Part shown: positions 61,814 through 64,000 of the stretch, one piece after another
Position numbering within the stretch: the stretch's first letter is position 1
Layout: each line of letters begins with the position of its first letter
NCBI GenBank assembly: GCA_965140585.1
Contig: OZ223267.1
Coordinates: forward strand, 384,001-448,000
Reading direction: 5' to 3'
Source of the DNA: Spirochaetia bacterium
Lineage (GTDB): Bacteria > Spirochaetota > Spirochaetia > UBA9216
Length of the DNA stretch: 64,000 bases
Notes under the pieces: generated by a model
Told to the model about the DNA's origin: nothing
Database searches by the model: none
The model's input: the letters and a program-made list of their open reading frames with translations, nothing else
Position numbers and translations under genes: made by a program

Positions 61814-63711
61814 GTGATAATAAAAAAACACAGATGAATAACAGCCCGCGCGGGCCTATGATGGGGCGAGGCCCCGGCGGCGGCCGCGGTCCGATGGGGG
61901 GGGGACCTCCTCATCTTTCGGGCATACCGGGAGACAAGGCTTCAAACTTCAAGGGAACCATGAAGACTCTTCTGCAGTACCTTGGAAAGTATAAGGTTGC
62001 TGTTTTCTTTACTCTCATTGTATCTGCTGTATCAACAGTGTTCATGATACTCGGACCTAAGATCCTCGGAAGGGCAACTACCGGAATCTTTGAAGGCGTG
62101 ATGGCACAGATCAGCGGAACAGGCGGAATAGACTTCGGTTTTGTTGCAAGGATTCTGATAACAGTTCTGATTCTCTATCTGATCTCAACCGCAGCGAATT
62201 ACATTCAGGGCTGGATAATGGCCGGAATTTCAGCAAAGGTAACCTTCAGACTTAGAAAAGATATTGAGGAAAAGATTAACCGGATGCCTCTTGGCTACTT
62301 CGATACAACCAGTCACGGCGAGGTTCTTTCAAGAATCACAAATGATGTTGAAACCGTCAGCCGAACACTCAGCCAGAGCCTTACACAGGTCGTAACCTCG
62401 GTTGCTACAGTTGCAGGTGTTCTAGTTATGATGTTTTCAATCAGTTGGATGATGACCCTTGTTGCACTTGTAATAATCCCTGTGTCTATGATCTTTGTAA
62501 GTGTGATAATAAAAAAATCACAGAAGTATTTCAAACAGCAGCAGGATTACCTTGGTCATGTCAACGGACATGTTGAGGAGATGTTCAGCGGACATGTAGT
62601 AATGAAGGCTTTTAACGGAGAAAAAAAGAGTATTGAAAAATTCAGTGAATTAAACGATACCCTCTACACATCAGCATGGAAATCACAGTTTCTAACAGGG
62701 CTCATGCATCCTATAATGATGTTTGTCGGAAACCTCGGTTATGTCGGAGTCAGCATTCTAGGAGGCTACCTTGCTGTGCAGAGGGCAATTACCGTCGGAG
62801 ACATTCAGGCTTTTATTCAGTATGTAAGATCATTCATGCAGCCTCTAACCCAGCTTGCCAATATTTCCAATATTCTCCAGCAGACTGCTGCTGCAGCTGA
62901 AAGGGTATTTGAATTTCTTGATGAGCCAGAGCAGATTCCGGAGACTGATGATCCTCTTAAGGTGCGGAACTTTAATGGAAAGGTTGAGTTTGCGAATGTT
63001 AATTTCGGCTATACTGAAGATAAGGTAATCATCAACGATTTTTCAGCTGTAGCAGAACCCGGTCAGAAGGTAGCAATTGTAGGTCCAACCGGAGCCGGAA
63101 AAACGACTATGGTAAAGCTTCTGATGCGTTTCTATGATATCAACAAGGGTAAAATCTTAATTGACGGAAATGATATCACCGATTACAGCAGACGTGATCT
63201 AAGGCGGATGTTCGGAATGGTTCTTCAGGATACATGGCTGTTCAATGGGACTGTAATGGAAAATATCCGATACGGACGCCCCGGTGCCACCGATGAAGAA
63301 GTATATGCTGCGGCTAAAACAGCACATGCTGATCACTTTATAAAAACGCTTCCCGGCGGTTACTCAATGGTAATCAATGAAGAAGCAAGCAATATTTCAC
63401 AAGGACAGATGCAGCTTCTGACTATAGCCAGGGCAATTCTGGCCGATCCTAAAATGCTGATACTCGATGAAGCTACAAGTTCGGTTGATACCAGAACAGA
63501 AATACACATACAGAAGGCCATGGATAATCTTATGGCTGAACGTACCTCCTTTATTATTGCTCACAGGTTGTCAACAATTAAAAATGCCGACCTCATTCTG
63601 TTTATGAAGGATGGAGATATAGTGGAACAGGGCAACCATGAGCAGCTGATGGCCGCAGGCGGATTCTATTCAGAGCTTTACAACAGCCAGTTTGAAAAGA
63701 AGGCCGGCTGA
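61810..63711 (+). CDS. Heterodimeric ABC exporter, subunit B (consensus site)
   Basis: GPTGAGKTT, ISQGQ, LDEATSSVD and AHRLSTI motifs. Confidence 0.93.
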   Translation: MSDNKKTQMNNSPRGPMMGRGPGGGRGPMGGGPPHLSGIPGDKASNFKGTMKTLLQYLGKYKVAVFFTLIVSAVSTVFMILGPKILGRATTGIFEGVMAQISGTGGIDFGFVARILITVLILYLISTAANYIQGWIMAGISAKVTFRLRKDIEEKINRMPLGYFDTTSHGEVLSRITNDVETVSRTLSQSLTQVVTSVATVAGVLVMMFSISWMMTLVALVIIPVSMIFVSVIIKKSQKYFKQQQDYLGHVNGHVEEMFSGHVVMKAFNGEKKSIEKFSELNDTLYTSAWKSQFLTGLMHPIMMFVGNLGYVGVSILGGYLAVQRAITVGDIQAFIQYVRSFMQPLTQLANISNILQQTAAAAERVFEFLDEPEQIPETDDPLKVRNFNGKVEFANVNFGYTEDKVIINDFSAVAEPGQKVAIVGPTGAGKTTMVKLLMRFYDINKGKILIDGNDITDYSRRDLRRMFGMVLQDTWLFNGTVMENIRYGRPGATDEEVYAAAKTAHADHFIKTLPGGYSMVINEEASNISQGQMQLLTIARAILADPKMLILDEATSSVDTRTEIHIQKAMDNLMAERTSFIIAHRLSTIKNADLILFMKDGDIVEQGNHEQLMAAGGFYSELYNSQFEKKAG

Positions 63712-63712
63712 A

Positions 63713-64000
63713 ATGGGATTTCGGGAGATCGAGCTTAGTCTGCCGACTGCTTATACAGAAAATGAGCTGAAGGCTCAGATCAGGAAGAAAACCGGTCTGG
63801 GCAGCTTCAGCTACGAAATACGGCGTAAAAGTCTTGATGCCAGACGCAAGGGCAATATTCTGTGGCGTCTTGGAGTTCTTGTAATATCAGAGGCTCTGCC
63901 TGGAGACTCATTCGAAGAAAAGCAGCTTGAAATTCCTTTATCAAAAAGAAACAAAAATATACTGATTGCCGGCAGCGGACCCGCTGGTATTTTTGCCGCC
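63713..64000 (+). CDS. FAD-dependent oxidoreductase, 3' partial (not in the ORF track)
   Basis: ATG at 63713 reads MGFREIELSLP...RRKSLDARRK...ILIAGSGPAGIFA, open to the window end. Confidence 0.8.
   Translation, partial: MGFREIELSLPTAYTENELKAQIRKKTGLGSFSYEIRRKSLDARRKGNILWRLGVLVISEALPGDSFEEKQLEIPLSKRNKNILIAGSGPAGIFAA

Overview
About 64 kb of bacterial chromosome, probably from a free-living anaerobic Spirochaetota member. This is inferred from the spirochaete-style MCP, the xFAGGQxE solute-binding-protein N-terminus and the diderm TonB/beta-barrel content. From left to right: (1) the end of an electron-bifurcating [FeFe]-hydrogenase operon (hydB, hydA), a histidine kinase, an Fe-ADH and an ABC-F protein; (2) a Listeria-Ndh2-like NADH dehydrogenase with a membrane domain, a polyprenyl synthase and ispH; (3) a roughly 12 kb decaying island (about 12.1-24.1 kb) with two intact membrane-anchored AraC regulators, a shared upstream motif and several broken surface or outer-membrane protein genes; (4) mixed metabolic and regulatory genes; (5) a roughly 15 kb minus-strand cluster behind a Pho-box-like array: lipoprotein, TtpB/TtpC-type TonB system, frameshifted TonB-dependent receptor, pstSCA and two lipases; (6) a Ser/Thr signalling locus (kinase, metallophosphatase, two degenerate FHA membrane proteins) led by an uncharacterised ~170-aa domain whose paralog is fused to an HU/IHF domain in the divergent gene; (7) a MarR-regulated heterodimeric ABC exporter. 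I saw no rRNA, tRNA, CRISPR array, transposase or integrase. All family assignments come from motif recognition by eye, not database searches.
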